Source: Anaerohalosphaeraceae bacterium (GTDB lineage: Bacteria; Planctomycetota; Phycisphaerae; Sedimentisphaerales; Anaerohalosphaeraceae). Taken from it: a stretch of DNA of 64,000 bases. The position numbers and the translations under genes are program-made. Shown here one piece after another: positions 41,648 through 51,875 of the stretch (its first letter is position 1; every line of letters starts with the position of its first letter). The stretch is taken from contig CAXXSL010000011.1 of assembly GCA_963675525.2 (NCBI GenBank), positions 256,001 through 320,000 on the forward strand, read 5' to 3'. Below the pieces are notes generated by a model. It worked only from the letters and a program-made list of their open reading frames with translations, made no database searches and was not told the origin of the DNA.

Positions 41648-44374
41648 ATGTTTAAAAGCATAATGAAAAGTGTCTGTGTTCTTCAGGTTTGTTTTTGCCA
41701 GCTTCTTTTCGCGGCTCTGCCGGTAGCTGATGGTTTGGTGATGCATCTGGATGCCAGTCAGATCACCGGTGTTGCAGACGGCGGTTCCCTGGGGACATGG
41801 ACGGACTTGTCCGGTGCAGGAAACAATGCAACACAGACTACAACCAACGCCCAGCCGACGTATGTTGCCAGTTCATCGGCATTTAACGATTACGCATCCG
41901 TCTCGTTCGTAACGGATGACTGGATGGAATTACCCAACGTGGTTTCCGTCAACAGCTTTACGCTGTTTCTTGTGGGTAAGTTTAATGCAAATGGTTCTGA
42001 GCAGTATTTCATATCCGGTTATGATGCCGGTCTTGGTGGGAACAACCGTCTTCGAATTGCAGAATACGGCTGGTCATCTGTTATGCGTTTTCGTGTGGGA
42101 ACCACAGATTATACCGGCCTTGCTAAAGATTTAAACGCACACACGTTCATGCTGAACTCTGTATCCCAGGCATGGGAAGATGACACCTTTTTTGCGGGGC
42201 AAACAAACAGCTATACAACCACTCCGAACATAAGACTGGGCACGATTTATGGTACTTCTGGATTCCTCAATGGTGAAATTGCTGAAGTGGTTCTGTACAA
42301 CCGGGTGCTGACTGTAGCGGAAACCGAACTGGTTAGAACTTATCTGTCCGACAAATACACTGTTCCCGTCTCGCCAGCCGACCTTGTTGCCGGCAATATG
42401 ATGCTGATTAATGAGAATGCCGGCTGGTGCTGGTATCAGGATGAGAAGATTATCTATGATCCTGTCAGCGGTGATGTTATTACCAGCACGACGAATGAAT
42501 CCGCAGGCTTTGGCGGTACCTCAAATGTAGAGACAACAGCATTTGATCTGGCCACCGGTAAACGCACCCGGGTATACATGAAAAACAATGGCGGGGATGA
42601 CCACAATATGGGTGCTTTTTGGATACGCCCGGACGGCAGATATTTACATATGCACACGGGGCACAACGCCAACGATTACAGCTACTGCCGGACCACTGTC
42701 AATCCGAATGACGGCACTTCATGGTCCGCGGAAAGCTCTTTTAACTGGGAGACCCTCAGTGGTCTTTCAGACAGCGGTAACCTTACCTACCACAACCTTC
42801 ATTATTTATCGGCTGAGGGAACCGGCAACGGCCGTTTGTACAACATCTCAAGACAATTTGATCGAAGTCCGTATATCGTTTACTCCGATAACTGGGGACA
42901 GACATGGGCTTATGCCGGTAAACTTTCTTCGCCCACGACAGGCACCAGTTATTCCAATGGCTACTTCAAATATGCCTCCAATGGTGTTGATCGCATTGAT
43001 TTTATTGCTACTGAACACCATCCTCGCGATTACAATAATAATATCTATCATGGCTATATCCAAGGCGGCAAGAGCTACAACTCTGATGGAACTGAAATCG
43101 ACAATAGCATTTTTGATGAGAATGCTCCCGGCCCGGAAGAATTTACGCCGGTCTTCCTTTCCGGGGCAATCGCAGCGGGTCAATATCACACAGCGTGGAC
43201 CATTGAACTGGAACTTGACGAAAACGATTACCCTGTTTGCCTGTTTATCACACGTTATGGTACGGAATTATACGGTGCCAACGACGGCCGCGGCGCTGCA
43301 GACCATCGTATCTTCTATGGGCGTTTCGACGGCTCATCGTGGACCTATACGGAGCTGTCCAAAATTGGACAGGGCCTTGAATCCTGGGAATCGGATTACA
43401 CCGGTCTCGGTTGTATACATCCTGATAATCCCAATCTGATTTATATCTCCACGCCCTTCGATCCTCGTGATGATACAGAGTATGCCAATCATGAGATCTT
43501 CAAAGGTGTAACCGCCGACAATGGTGCAACATGGAACTGGACACAGATCACATTCGATTCTACGGTCGATAACCTGCGTCCTGCTGTTCCCAGATGGGAC
43601 GCCAATAATACGGCGCTCTTCTGGTTGAGGGGTTATTATCCAGCGTTTGGCAGCAACCCACAGGCAGACTATGACCAGGTACTGGTGGGAATGATCGATC
43701 GTCACAATGAAGCAATTAGTTTGGTCACTTATATTGATGCCGACCCAAGTAACACGACAAATGCAGACAGTTCACCATTTACGCCCACCGGCCCGAGCGG
43801 CATCCCTGGTGCCGCAGACGACCAGTGGCACGAATACACAGAATACGGAAACGCAGGCAGTTGTTATACCGCCAATGAATCGTCTGAAGACGCTCCTATG
43901 TTGAAGACGACCATAAGCGGCTTGGCAAATGGGACCTACGATGTGTTTGCTTACTTCTGGTGTCATCCGTCCAGGGACTGGGGCGTAGCCGGTGGATTTA
44001 CACCATCTGATATACTCTACTTTAACCGACAGTCCTCTCAACATGCCGAAGCATCTGAATTCTTCGGTTCTGTCAGTATTATTGATTACGAAGCGTTGCT
44101 TTATCGCGTTTATATCGGCCGCAGGGAAGTGGTTGGAGGCGCTTCGATCGATGTTTATATTGATGACTATGACAGTTCTCTTGTAAATGGAGCTGATCGT
44201 GCCGTGTATGACGGTGTGGGCGTAGCCAGTGTGATACCGGATTATGCCGGCGATCTCTACAGGGATGGGAAGGTAAATTACATGGATATGGCAGAACTTG
44301 GGCAGGGCTGGCAGACGATTTATGACATGGACACATTAGTCGATATCGCAACTAACTGGCTGGCAGGACTTTAA
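41648..44374 (+). CDS. Secreted BNR_4-like beta-propeller protein with LamG-like N-terminal module and dockerin-like tail
   Basis: NAGWCWYQDE, DDHN, Asp-boxes YSDNWGQTW and TADNGATW, DNLRP; GDLYRDGKVNYMDMAELGQGW. Confidence 0.8.
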   Translation: MFKSIMKSVCVLQVCFCQLLFAALPVADGLVMHLDASQITGVADGGSLGTWTDLSGAGNNATQTTTNAQPTYVASSSAFNDYASVSFVTDDWMELPNVVSVNSFTLFLVGKFNANGSEQYFISGYDAGLGGNNRLRIAEYGWSSVMRFRVGTTDYTGLAKDLNAHTFMLNSVSQAWEDDTFFAGQTNSYTTTPNIRLGTIYGTSGFLNGEIAEVVLYNRVLTVAETELVRTYLSDKYTVPVSPADLVAGNMMLINENAGWCWYQDEKIIYDPVSGDVITSTTNESAGFGGTSNVETTAFDLATGKRTRVYMKNNGGDDHNMGAFWIRPDGRYLHMHTGHNANDYSYCRTTVNPNDGTSWSAESSFNWETLSGLSDSGNLTYHNLHYLSAEGTGNGRLYNISRQFDRSPYIVYSDNWGQTWAYAGKLSSPTTGTSYSNGYFKYASNGVDRIDFIATEHHPRDYNNNIYHGYIQGGKSYNSDGTEIDNSIFDENAPGPEEFTPVFLSGAIAAGQYHTAWTIELELDENDYPVCLFITRYGTELYGANDGRGAADHRIFYGRFDGSSWTYTELSKIGQGLESWESDYTGLGCIHPDNPNLIYISTPFDPRDDTEYANHEIFKGVTADNGATWNWTQITFDSTVDNLRPAVPRWDANNTALFWLRGYYPAFGSNPQADYDQVLVGMIDRHNEAISLVTYIDADPSNTTNADSSPFTPTGPSGIPGAADDQWHEYTEYGNAGSCYTANESSEDAPMLKTTISGLANGTYDVFAYFWCHPSRDWGVAGGFTPSDILYFNRQSSQHAEASEFFGSVSIIDYEALLYRVYIGRREVVGGASIDVYIDDYDSSLVNGADRAVYDGVGVASVIPDYAGDLYRDGKVNYMDMAELGQGWQTIYDMDTLVDIATNWLAGL

Positions 44375-44461
44375 TGCCGTATGCAATCGCCGAATGGTGG
44401 TCAAAGGATGGGTTGCATGATGCACCGTAACGTAAATTGTTGTTTTGCGATTTAAACTCCT

Positions 44462-44495
44462 GTTCCGGGGTCGAGTGAGTACTCGGCCCCGGAAC
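44462..44495. terminator. Strong intergenic hairpin (terminator or processing site)
   Basis: gttccggggtcgagt-gagt-actcggccccggaac; no clear T-tract on +. Confidence 0.5.
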
Positions 44496-44591
44496 GAGAG
44501 AAAACAAACGGGCAGAAAGTTTTTAAACAAAAAGTGGAATCTTCGGTTGGACAGAGAATTCTTCTTTATCTGATTTTTTGGGGTGGATATT

Positions 44592-47261
44592 ATGAAACCA
44601 AGCATGAGCATCTTTTTTATTGTGTGTTTCTTCATTTGTTTTAGTCCGTTTCTTTTTGCAGTCTTGCCGGTAACCGATGGCCTGGTGATACATCTGGATG
44701 CCAGTCAGATCACAGGTGTTGCAGATGGTGCTCCGATTGCGACATGGTCAGATCTGTCCGGCTTAGGAAACGATGCATTACAGACGTTAGCTGACGCCCA
44801 GCCGACGTATGTTACCGCTTCACCTGACGTTAACGATCTCGCAAGCGTTCGTTTTGACGGAGTGGACGACTGGGTGGATTTAGCTGACGTGGTCGACGTC
44901 AACAGCTTCACGCTGTTTCTTGTGGGCAAGTTTAATTCAATCGGCGGTGATCAGTATTTTATATCCGGTCAAAGCGGTGATCCTGTCCTTGACAATCGTG
45001 TTCGAATTGCACAATACGATTGGTCGACTCAATTTCGTTTTCGAGCGGGTACGACAGATTATTCGACTCCAGAAAAAAATACAGCCGCGCACACGTTCGG
45101 GCTAAATAGTGTCTCGGATGCATGGTTGGATGGCAGCTTTGTTGATGGGCAAACAAACACCGCATCAGGATTAACTCCGGCCCTGAGTCTGGGCTCGTAC
45201 AAAGAGGGATCTAGCGGTTTTCTCAATGGTGATATTGCCGAAGTGGTTCTGTACAACCGTGTTCTGGATGCTGCGGAAGTCGCACAGGTCAGTGCCGAGT
45301 TGAACACGAAGTATGCCACCGCCCAATCAACCAACACCCAATCAAGTATTACAGTGGACTACGCGGTTGATCTGGGGGCATCTAATCAGGTTGCAAGCGG
45401 ATTATTGCACGGTATCAGCGCCGATCATCCTGCACAATACCTGATCGATGGTATTAAAGTAAACGCTGTCCGTGGGGCAGATTATTATGGGTACCTTCCT
45501 AATTGTTACGAAGCAGACACTTACAACCGAATTAAAGCAACCGGTGCCGATCTAATGATAGGATTGTACTATAGAGCAAAAGAAAGTGGTTATTGGCCTG
45601 GCGATGGCGGGGATTGGCAAACATGGAGAGATATATGTACGGATATATATAATGAAGCCCAAACCAACAATTACGATATCTATTCCTGGATACCCTGGAA
45701 TGAACCGCGTCTTCAGTGGGGTAATTTGAACACGTATAAGCGAGCGCATAAGGAAGCTTATCAAACAATTAAAGCACTTAATCCGGCAGCGAGGATTCAG
45801 GCGCCTGAAGATCATGCTTATAGTCTTAGTTTTTTGTCTGATTTTCTGACTTACTGCAGAGACAATGGTTGTCTTCCGGATATTCTGGCGTGGCATGAAT
45901 TATCCCAAGACCCTTTAGACGTTGAAGCTCATTGCAGTGAAATAAAGTCATGGATGCAGAATAACGGAATTACTCCCATGCCGATTGCTGTAACAGAGTA
46001 TCAGGGTGGTTCCTATTCGAATGATAATACGTCCATACCCGGAGTCAATGTTTATTATCTGGCCTCCATGGAAAGAGCGGTTCAGCATGGCTTTGCATTT
46101 GGATTGCACGCATGCTGGAGCTGGTCTGGAAGTGATTCCAATTTTATCGCTACATTGGCAGATATGGCGAATAAGGATGGCGCCAATTTACCCAGAGGTT
46201 TATGGTGGAATTACAATGCTTATAAAGACATGACAGGCAGAAAAGTTCAGGTTGGTATAAGCGGCTCAAATGGCGATGCCTTTGCAAGTTTAGATAATGA
46301 TATGAACAGATCGATCATTTTGATTGGGACGAAAAATTATACAACTTATCACGATGTATCTTTGAACCTGAATAATATCCCTGATTCTCTAACATATAAT
46401 GGCAAGATTCATATAAGAGCAGAAATGATTCGTGATGAAATGGTTCTTATGTCTCCCGAGGTAATGGTTGCAGGAGACTATTCTATATCTGGCGGTGCTG
46501 TCGTGTTGGACTTACCAACATTGGACCCGAAAGCATCCTATATGGTATATGTCTCACCTGCTACCAGTGATGCCCCGGCAACGTCTTACGAGAGCGAAGC
46601 TCTTAGTGCTACTTTTACAGCAGGGAGGACACACAGGGTTTTTGATGAAGCAGCAGCCAGTGGCGGCCAGACTACAATCCTCGAAGCGACTGCTGATGGC
46701 GATTATGTAGAATATCAGATTCCTTCGCCGGGCGAAGGAGTTTATAATCTGTCTGCCATACTGGAGAGTATGGATGACCATGGATTTATGCAATTGTATA
46801 TTAACGGTCAAAGTATGTGTCCTCCTGAAGATCAATACAGTGATACGGAAGGGTACTATGCAAATGACTTTGGCAATATTTATGTAGGTTCAGGGGATTT
46901 ATATCTCAAATTTGTAGTTGTTGGGCAGAACCCCAGCTCGCAAGGAAAATGGATAGTGTTTGATAGATTTGATCTAACTAAACTAAGCAGCCAAATCTTC
47001 GAGCCGACCAACTGTCAGGACGTGCAGAGTTTGGGTTACAGGCTGGACGAGGATCTCAATGGCGATTGTCAAATTGGAATAGCGGATTTAATGCTGCTGA
47101 CCGATCAGTGGCTGTCAAGCAGTCCCGTGGCCGTACCACCCAATTATTCTCCGGATATTGTAGCTGACAATGAGATTAATCTGGCCGATTTTACGGCTAT
47201 GGCCAATCAGTGGTTAGTCTGCAATGATCCAGCGACCGTAGGCTGCATTGAAAACTGGTAA
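44592..47261 (+). CDS. Secreted clan GH-A (GH39-like) glycoside hydrolase with LamG-like module, CBM-like domain and dockerin-like tail
   Basis: WNEP acid/base and IAVTEY nucleophile motifs, YESEAL...ASGG CBM6/35-like start, DLNGDCQIGIADL and DIVADNEINLADFTAMANQWL. Confidence 0.78.
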   Translation: MKPSMSIFFIVCFFICFSPFLFAVLPVTDGLVIHLDASQITGVADGAPIATWSDLSGLGNDALQTLADAQPTYVTASPDVNDLASVRFDGVDDWVDLADVVDVNSFTLFLVGKFNSIGGDQYFISGQSGDPVLDNRVRIAQYDWSTQFRFRAGTTDYSTPEKNTAAHTFGLNSVSDAWLDGSFVDGQTNTASGLTPALSLGSYKEGSSGFLNGDIAEVVLYNRVLDAAEVAQVSAELNTKYATAQSTNTQSSITVDYAVDLGASNQVASGLLHGISADHPAQYLIDGIKVNAVRGADYYGYLPNCYEADTYNRIKATGADLMIGLYYRAKESGYWPGDGGDWQTWRDICTDIYNEAQTNNYDIYSWIPWNEPRLQWGNLNTYKRAHKEAYQTIKALNPAARIQAPEDHAYSLSFLSDFLTYCRDNGCLPDILAWHELSQDPLDVEAHCSEIKSWMQNNGITPMPIAVTEYQGGSYSNDNTSIPGVNVYYLASMERAVQHGFAFGLHACWSWSGSDSNFIATLADMANKDGANLPRGLWWNYNAYKDMTGRKVQVGISGSNGDAFASLDNDMNRSIILIGTKNYTTYHDVSLNLNNIPDSLTYNGKIHIRAEMIRDEMVLMSPEVMVAGDYSISGGAVVLDLPTLDPKASYMVYVSPATSDAPATSYESEALSATFTAGRTHRVFDEAAASGGQTTILEATADGDYVEYQIPSPGEGVYNLSAILESMDDHGFMQLYINGQSMCPPEDQYSDTEGYYANDFGNIYVGSGDLYLKFVVVGQNPSSQGKWIVFDRFDLTKLSSQIFEPTNCQDVQSLGYRLDEDLNGDCQIGIADLMLLTDQWLSSSPVAVPPNYSPDIVADNEINLADFTAMANQWLVCNDPATVGCIENW

Positions 47262-47527
47262 CCAGTGGTATTGTGAAAATGCTGAAAAGTACAAGATGAT
47301 TATGAAAATGATCTCAAGTGAAGCTGTTTAGGACTGCCGGAAACCGCTATACAACAACAGGTTTCTAGGCCGGCGATATCCAGATCCATCTTTGTAATTC
47401 AGCTTTTTTGAATAGATACATGGTTTTCATGAAAATTTATAGAGAAAACAGTTTAAATTTGGTTGAAATAGCCAATTAATTAGTAGGTAGAAATACGGAA
47501 TTTGCCTCTACATTGCAGTGAATTATG

Positions 47528-48203
47528 CTATAATGGACACGCTATTAATTTTCGGGGACAATTCTCGTGAATATTCATTCCGTGAACATTGATCGTTCTG
47601 TTTCCATAAAGTGCCTGCGGTCGCCTGAACGCATCCAGTGCCGGAACATTGCCTAAAACCAGTTGAACCACCGCCCAGGCAATCCATTCCGGATGCGCTG
47701 GACACCCGGGAATGTTAATAATGAGTTTACTGGGGTCGATTGAACTAACAAAATCCGGACAACTGACGACACCCGAAGGATTGCGTTCGTTCAGATCCGG
47801 GCCGGACATCGGTTGCAATGATGCACGCTCGCCCATCGAAAGCAGTTGGCACACCGCCCTCAAGCACCAGCACATAGCCGCCCTTGCGTTTGGCTTGGTT
47901 GGCCATTGTTACGGCAGTCTGCCCTGCCAACGCCATCACGACCTTATGATACGCCTGGTTCACATGGGTTAGCAGAACGTCTGCTAGCGTTAGGGTTGAA
48001 CCCGGCAACGCAAAATCGTCGCTGAACAGGTTCAGGAAGGAAACCGAATCTCCCTGGCAACCGCTGCCATGAAGCCAAATCAAGGTTGGCGCCCCACTGC
48101 TGGCAAGAGCCGCTTCCAGTCGCTGAAGATCCCCAATACCCAAGCCCAGCGCCGCAACAGAAGCTGTGCAGTATTTTAGAAAATCACGTCTTGTTACCCT
48201 CAT
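47528..48203 (-). pseudogene. [NiFe] hydrogenase small-subunit fragment
   Basis: Tat TRRDFLK, WLHGSGCQGDSVSFL, LVLEGGVP; then in another frame INIPGCPAHPEW...LDAFRRP...IHENCPR, ending abruptly. No large subunit in the window. Confidence 0.85.
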
Positions 48204-48248
48204 TATTGTTCCTTTCCTGGAAAATCTCACACATTATTGTGCTGAAAA

Positions 48249-48470
48249 TTAGGTCGGATTGTGATAATCAACAAGCTCAAGGGCCTTTTTGATTTCATTT
48301 TGAGGGGGAATCTCCGGAAGGATAGGGCTCAGTTTCCAGAGTTTCCCCACAGCAGAAAATATGATATCAAAAGCTCCGCCCGAAAAATCGAAAGCCTCTT
48401 GGAATTTGACAAGAATCTCGATCGTTACCTTTGTGCCCATCATGCCGTATCATATTGGGCGATGAATCCA
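48249..48470 (-). pseudogene. ApbE (FAD:protein FMN transferase) fragment
   Basis: MMGTKVTI joined directly to SGGAFDI...KLW...IPPQNEIKKALELVDY; internally deleted and truncated. Confidence 0.65.
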
Positions 48471-48783
48471 TTTTGAGCATAAACGAAAACAGATAATAGG
48501 AGTGTACTCAGAATAGAGAATCTAAGAATAGCATACTTTGATTTAAAACCCATCACCCGATTAATCTTCCTCAAATGTATTCATCCCCAAAACTACCCGC
48601 CCAAAATCAATTCCTCGCACTATCTCAGTTGCACTTCCATATATGTGTATTATTTTAATGAATGACGTGATTGAATGCAGCTTAGAAACAGGCATTCAGG
48701 AGTTTTTTTGTATATTAGTAGTCTTCCTGTTTATCAATGTCTACAAAGATATTATACCCTTTACCTGAACTATCCAGATACAA

Positions 48784-49208
48784 CTATGCATTCTTGGTCA
48801 TCCACTGTGTCAGTACCCGCCAGAAAAGAATACAACGCGGCATTTCATCCAGTCCGGCCAAAACCGTAATGCCCGTCGTCGTAAACCCGCTCATCGCCTC
48901 AAAAAAGCCGTCCACGAAAGAACACTCCAGGATAATTTGGAATGGAATCGTTCCCAATATAGAAAAAGCAATACAGACCGCCGCGTATAATAATGCCGCT
49001 CCCGTATTATCGAGAGTACTCCGCTTAAAAAGGACAGGCAGGAATCCGCCAAGAACACAAGAACCAATGGCCGGAAAAAGAAATGCATACACACAGACCA
49101 GTCCCTGACTATCGGTGTTCCGATAATACAAGGCAATGATCATTGGAATAAGAAGGATAAACCCAAAAAAGAATAAGCAACCGCCCCATAACGTGAAACA
49201 CCGCCATT
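48784..49208 (-). pseudogene. TrkH K+ uptake permease N-terminal fragment
   Basis: GTIPF...SFVDGFFEAMSGFTTTGITVL...ILFWRVLTQW, then a stop. Confidence 0.8.
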
Positions 49209-49402
49209 ACCCGAACCAAACTGTTTCGGATGTAAAATCTCCAATCACCTAAGTCCATTATCGATAGAAGACCGGACAGCTAAACCGTTTTTTGCCAGGA
49301 ACGCCCTTTTTCATCAATGGACGAGGTAGTTCAAGTTCCTCTGGGTGTGTTACATTTCATTTGATATTTTGCATGGTTTTTAATTTTTTTCAATTTTTTC
49401 TA

Positions 49403-49431
49403 TTGACCCCGGATGTAGTGGTCGATATAAT
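49403..49431 (+). promoter_or_regulatory. sigma70 promoter of the trp operon
   Basis: TTGACC (49403-49408), 17-nt spacer, TATAAT (49426-49431). Confidence 0.8.
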
Positions 49432-49438
49432 TGTTACT

Positions 49439-49504
49439 ATGCATAGAAACAATGTATCTCGTACGTTCTTTTGGTGGCGACCTGCTCGGGACCTCGGCAG
49501 GTAG
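49439..49504 (+). CDS. trpL: trp leader peptide MHRNNVSRTFFWWRPARDLGR
   Basis: Tandem TGG TGG codons directly upstream of the attenuator hairpins and trpE. Confidence 0.85.
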   Translation: MHRNNVSRTFFWWRPARDLGR

Positions 49505-49544
49505 GAGCGGACGGTTTGTATTGGCACACCGAATTCGACGATCG

Positions 49545-49581
49545 CGACCTGCTCGCTAAATAACAGCAGGTCGTTTTTTTT
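49545..49581 (+). terminator. trp attenuator terminator
   Basis: cgacctgct-loop-agcaggtcg followed by T8. Confidence 0.88.
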
Positions 49582-49622
49582 ATAATTTCCCTGAAAATGA
49601 ACAAAAAAAGGATTACAATAAC

Positions 49623-51242
49623 ATGAATAATTATAAACATCGAATCGAACAGGCCCAACCGGGGCAGATCATCCCGATGGTACAGGAGATCGACATTACC
49701 TGTCCGGTGGAGTTCTTTGCCAAACTCAGTGACTACGGACGTAACCGGCACTGCTGCCTGTTCGAGTCCCGTGATCATCTGTCCGAAGGCGGCGGCGGGG
49801 AGTTGACATTCGGCACCGCCAACCCCGCCCTGCATCTGACCGGAACCGCCAACACCTTTGTTCTTGAATCGCTCAGCAATACGGGCAAACGCATGATCGG
49901 GTACCTGACGCAGCATCGGGAACGTTTTGCTTTTTGCAAACAAGTCGATGTTCAGCCGGAGCGGATCAGCGGCCAACTGGGAACCAATGACGGCATCATG
50001 GATGAAGAGTCACGTTTGAAGAGCATCAATCAAATGGATGTGATCCGGGCCGTCGGGTTTGCGTTTGAGTTGGCCAGCCAGCCGTTCCGTGTAACCTGCG
50101 GCCTGCTCGGAGCGATCAGCTATGACTTTGTCGATCAGTTTGAAAAACTGCCCGCTAACAGCCAGGACGTGCTGGGCAACCCGGACTATGAGATGTATTT
50201 CGCCGACAATATCTTCCTGATGGATCACAGGCACGGCAAAGGTTACGTGGTCGTCAATGCCATTATTACCGATGATGACCGTGATGGAATCTATGAGGAA
50301 TCGCAGCAATGTTTTAACACCTATTTTGAAACCGCAAAAAAACAACGACCGGAACCAAACTCCTTGGCGTCGACCACTGAAAAACCCGGTACGGATACGG
50401 ATCAGGAAACATACGAATCCATGGTGCGAACAGCCAAAGAGCATATCATCGAAGGTGATATTTTCCAAGTGGTCCTGAGCCGCACCATTACCGAACCGTG
50501 TCCCGCCGAACCGCTGGATGTGTACCGTAAACTGCGAACACTGAATCCTTCACCGTATATGTTTTACCTGAACACACAGAACACCACGCTGATGGGCGCC
50601 AGCCCTGAACTGAATTTACGTGTCAGCGGAACCTGTGAACGCTATGTCGAGATACGCCCCATCGCGGGGACCAAACCCCGCGGCCGAAAAGACGGAAAGA
50701 TCGACCCGGACACGGATATCCGTTATGAAGCGGAATTGAAGCTGGACCGAAAGGAACTGGCCGAACACATGATGCTGGTGGATCTGGCCCGCAATGACAT
50801 CGCCCGTGTTTCCGAGCCCGGCAGCCGGATCGTCAATGAAATGCTCATTACGGAACGCTATGAATCGGTGATGCACCTGGTCAGCAACGTTAAAGGCAAA
50901 CTGCGAAACGACCTGGATGCTCTGAGTGCTTATCTTGCGACGATGAACATGGGCACTCTGACCGGAGCGCCAAAGATCGAAGCGATGAAAATTATTCGTC
51001 AGCTTGAAAAAAACAAACGCGGCTATTACGGCGGCGCCGTCATGTACCTGACCGTGGACGGACAGTTTGACAGTTGTATCACCATTCGAAGCCTGCAGGT
51101 CAAAGGCAATACCGCTTACATTCGTGCCGGTGCCGGTATCGTCCACGACAGCATCCCGTCCAGTGAATTTGATGAAACGCAGCATAAAGCCAATTCGTGC
51201 ATCAAAGCCATTCGCATGGCCGCAGAAAACGGAAAACAGTAA
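49623..51242 (+). CDS. trpE: Anthranilate synthase component I
   Basis: LFES, GDIFQVVLSR, NPSPYMFY, RPIAGTKPRG, KELAEHMMLVDLARND, GTLTGAPK. Confidence 0.96.
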   Translation: MNNYKHRIEQAQPGQIIPMVQEIDITCPVEFFAKLSDYGRNRHCCLFESRDHLSEGGGGELTFGTANPALHLTGTANTFVLESLSNTGKRMIGYLTQHRERFAFCKQVDVQPERISGQLGTNDGIMDEESRLKSINQMDVIRAVGFAFELASQPFRVTCGLLGAISYDFVDQFEKLPANSQDVLGNPDYEMYFADNIFLMDHRHGKGYVVVNAIITDDDRDGIYEESQQCFNTYFETAKKQRPEPNSLASTTEKPGTDTDQETYESMVRTAKEHIIEGDIFQVVLSRTITEPCPAEPLDVYRKLRTLNPSPYMFYLNTQNTTLMGASPELNLRVSGTCERYVEIRPIAGTKPRGRKDGKIDPDTDIRYEAELKLDRKELAEHMMLVDLARNDIARVSEPGSRIVNEMLITERYESVMHLVSNVKGKLRNDLDALSAYLATMNMGTLTGAPKIEAMKIIRQLEKNKRGYYGGAVMYLTVDGQFDSCITIRSLQVKGNTAYIRAGAGIVHDSIPSSEFDETQHKANSCIKAIRMAAENGKQ

Positions 51243-51256
51243 AACAGGAATTTATC

Positions 51257-51850
51257 ATGAAAACGAAAATCCTATTTATCGATAATTTTGATTCATTTAC
51301 ATACAACCTCGTTGATGAGTTCGCCAAACGTGATTGTCTAACAAAAGTGTATCGCTCTGACACCCCGCTTGAGGTACTGATAGAGGCATCTGCCGGTTTT
51401 TCGCCGGATCTGCTGGTCTTGTCGCCGGGGCCCGGTAATCCGGATACGGCCGGGGTTACATTGGCGGCCATCGACTATTTTAAAGATAAGTTGTGCATCT
51501 TAGGGGTTTGTCTGGGACATCAGGCCATTGTGCAGTATTTTGGCGGCACTATAAGTCATGCGCCGGAAATCATGCACGGTAAGCCCTCGCGGATCACCCA
51601 TGACGGTTCCGGCGTCTTTGAAGGGCTGGAAAACCCGCTTCAGGCCGGGCGTTACCACAGCCTTTGCGCCACGACACTGCCGGATTGTCTAGAGGAAGTC
51701 GCCGATTTTGAAGGTATTGTCATGGGCATTAAACATAAGGAACTCCCCGTTTACGGCGTTCAATTTCACCCGGAAAGTATTTTAACGCCAACTGGCGGAA
51801 AAGTTATTGAAAATATTCTTAAAATCGCCAACAATTCCAGAAGCAACTGA
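51257..51850 (+). CDS. trpG: Anthranilate synthase component II (GATase)
   Basis: IDNFDSFTYNL, LSPGPGNP, GVCLGHQ, RYHSL, QFHPES. Confidence 0.96.
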   Translation: MKTKILFIDNFDSFTYNLVDEFAKRDCLTKVYRSDTPLEVLIEASAGFSPDLLVLSPGPGNPDTAGVTLAAIDYFKDKLCILGVCLGHQAIVQYFGGTISHAPEIMHGKPSRITHDGSGVFEGLENPLQAGRYHSLCATTLPDCLEEVADFEGIVMGIKHKELPVYGVQFHPESILTPTGGKVIENILKIANNSRSN

Positions 51851-51875
51851 TTCCCTTTATTTACAGGAGTACAAT

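Noticed and set aside
38160..45270. Shared modules as a diversity-generating retroelement TR/VR pair
   Set aside because: No reverse transcriptase in the window, the differences are not adenine-specific, and all copies are coding N-terminal domains.
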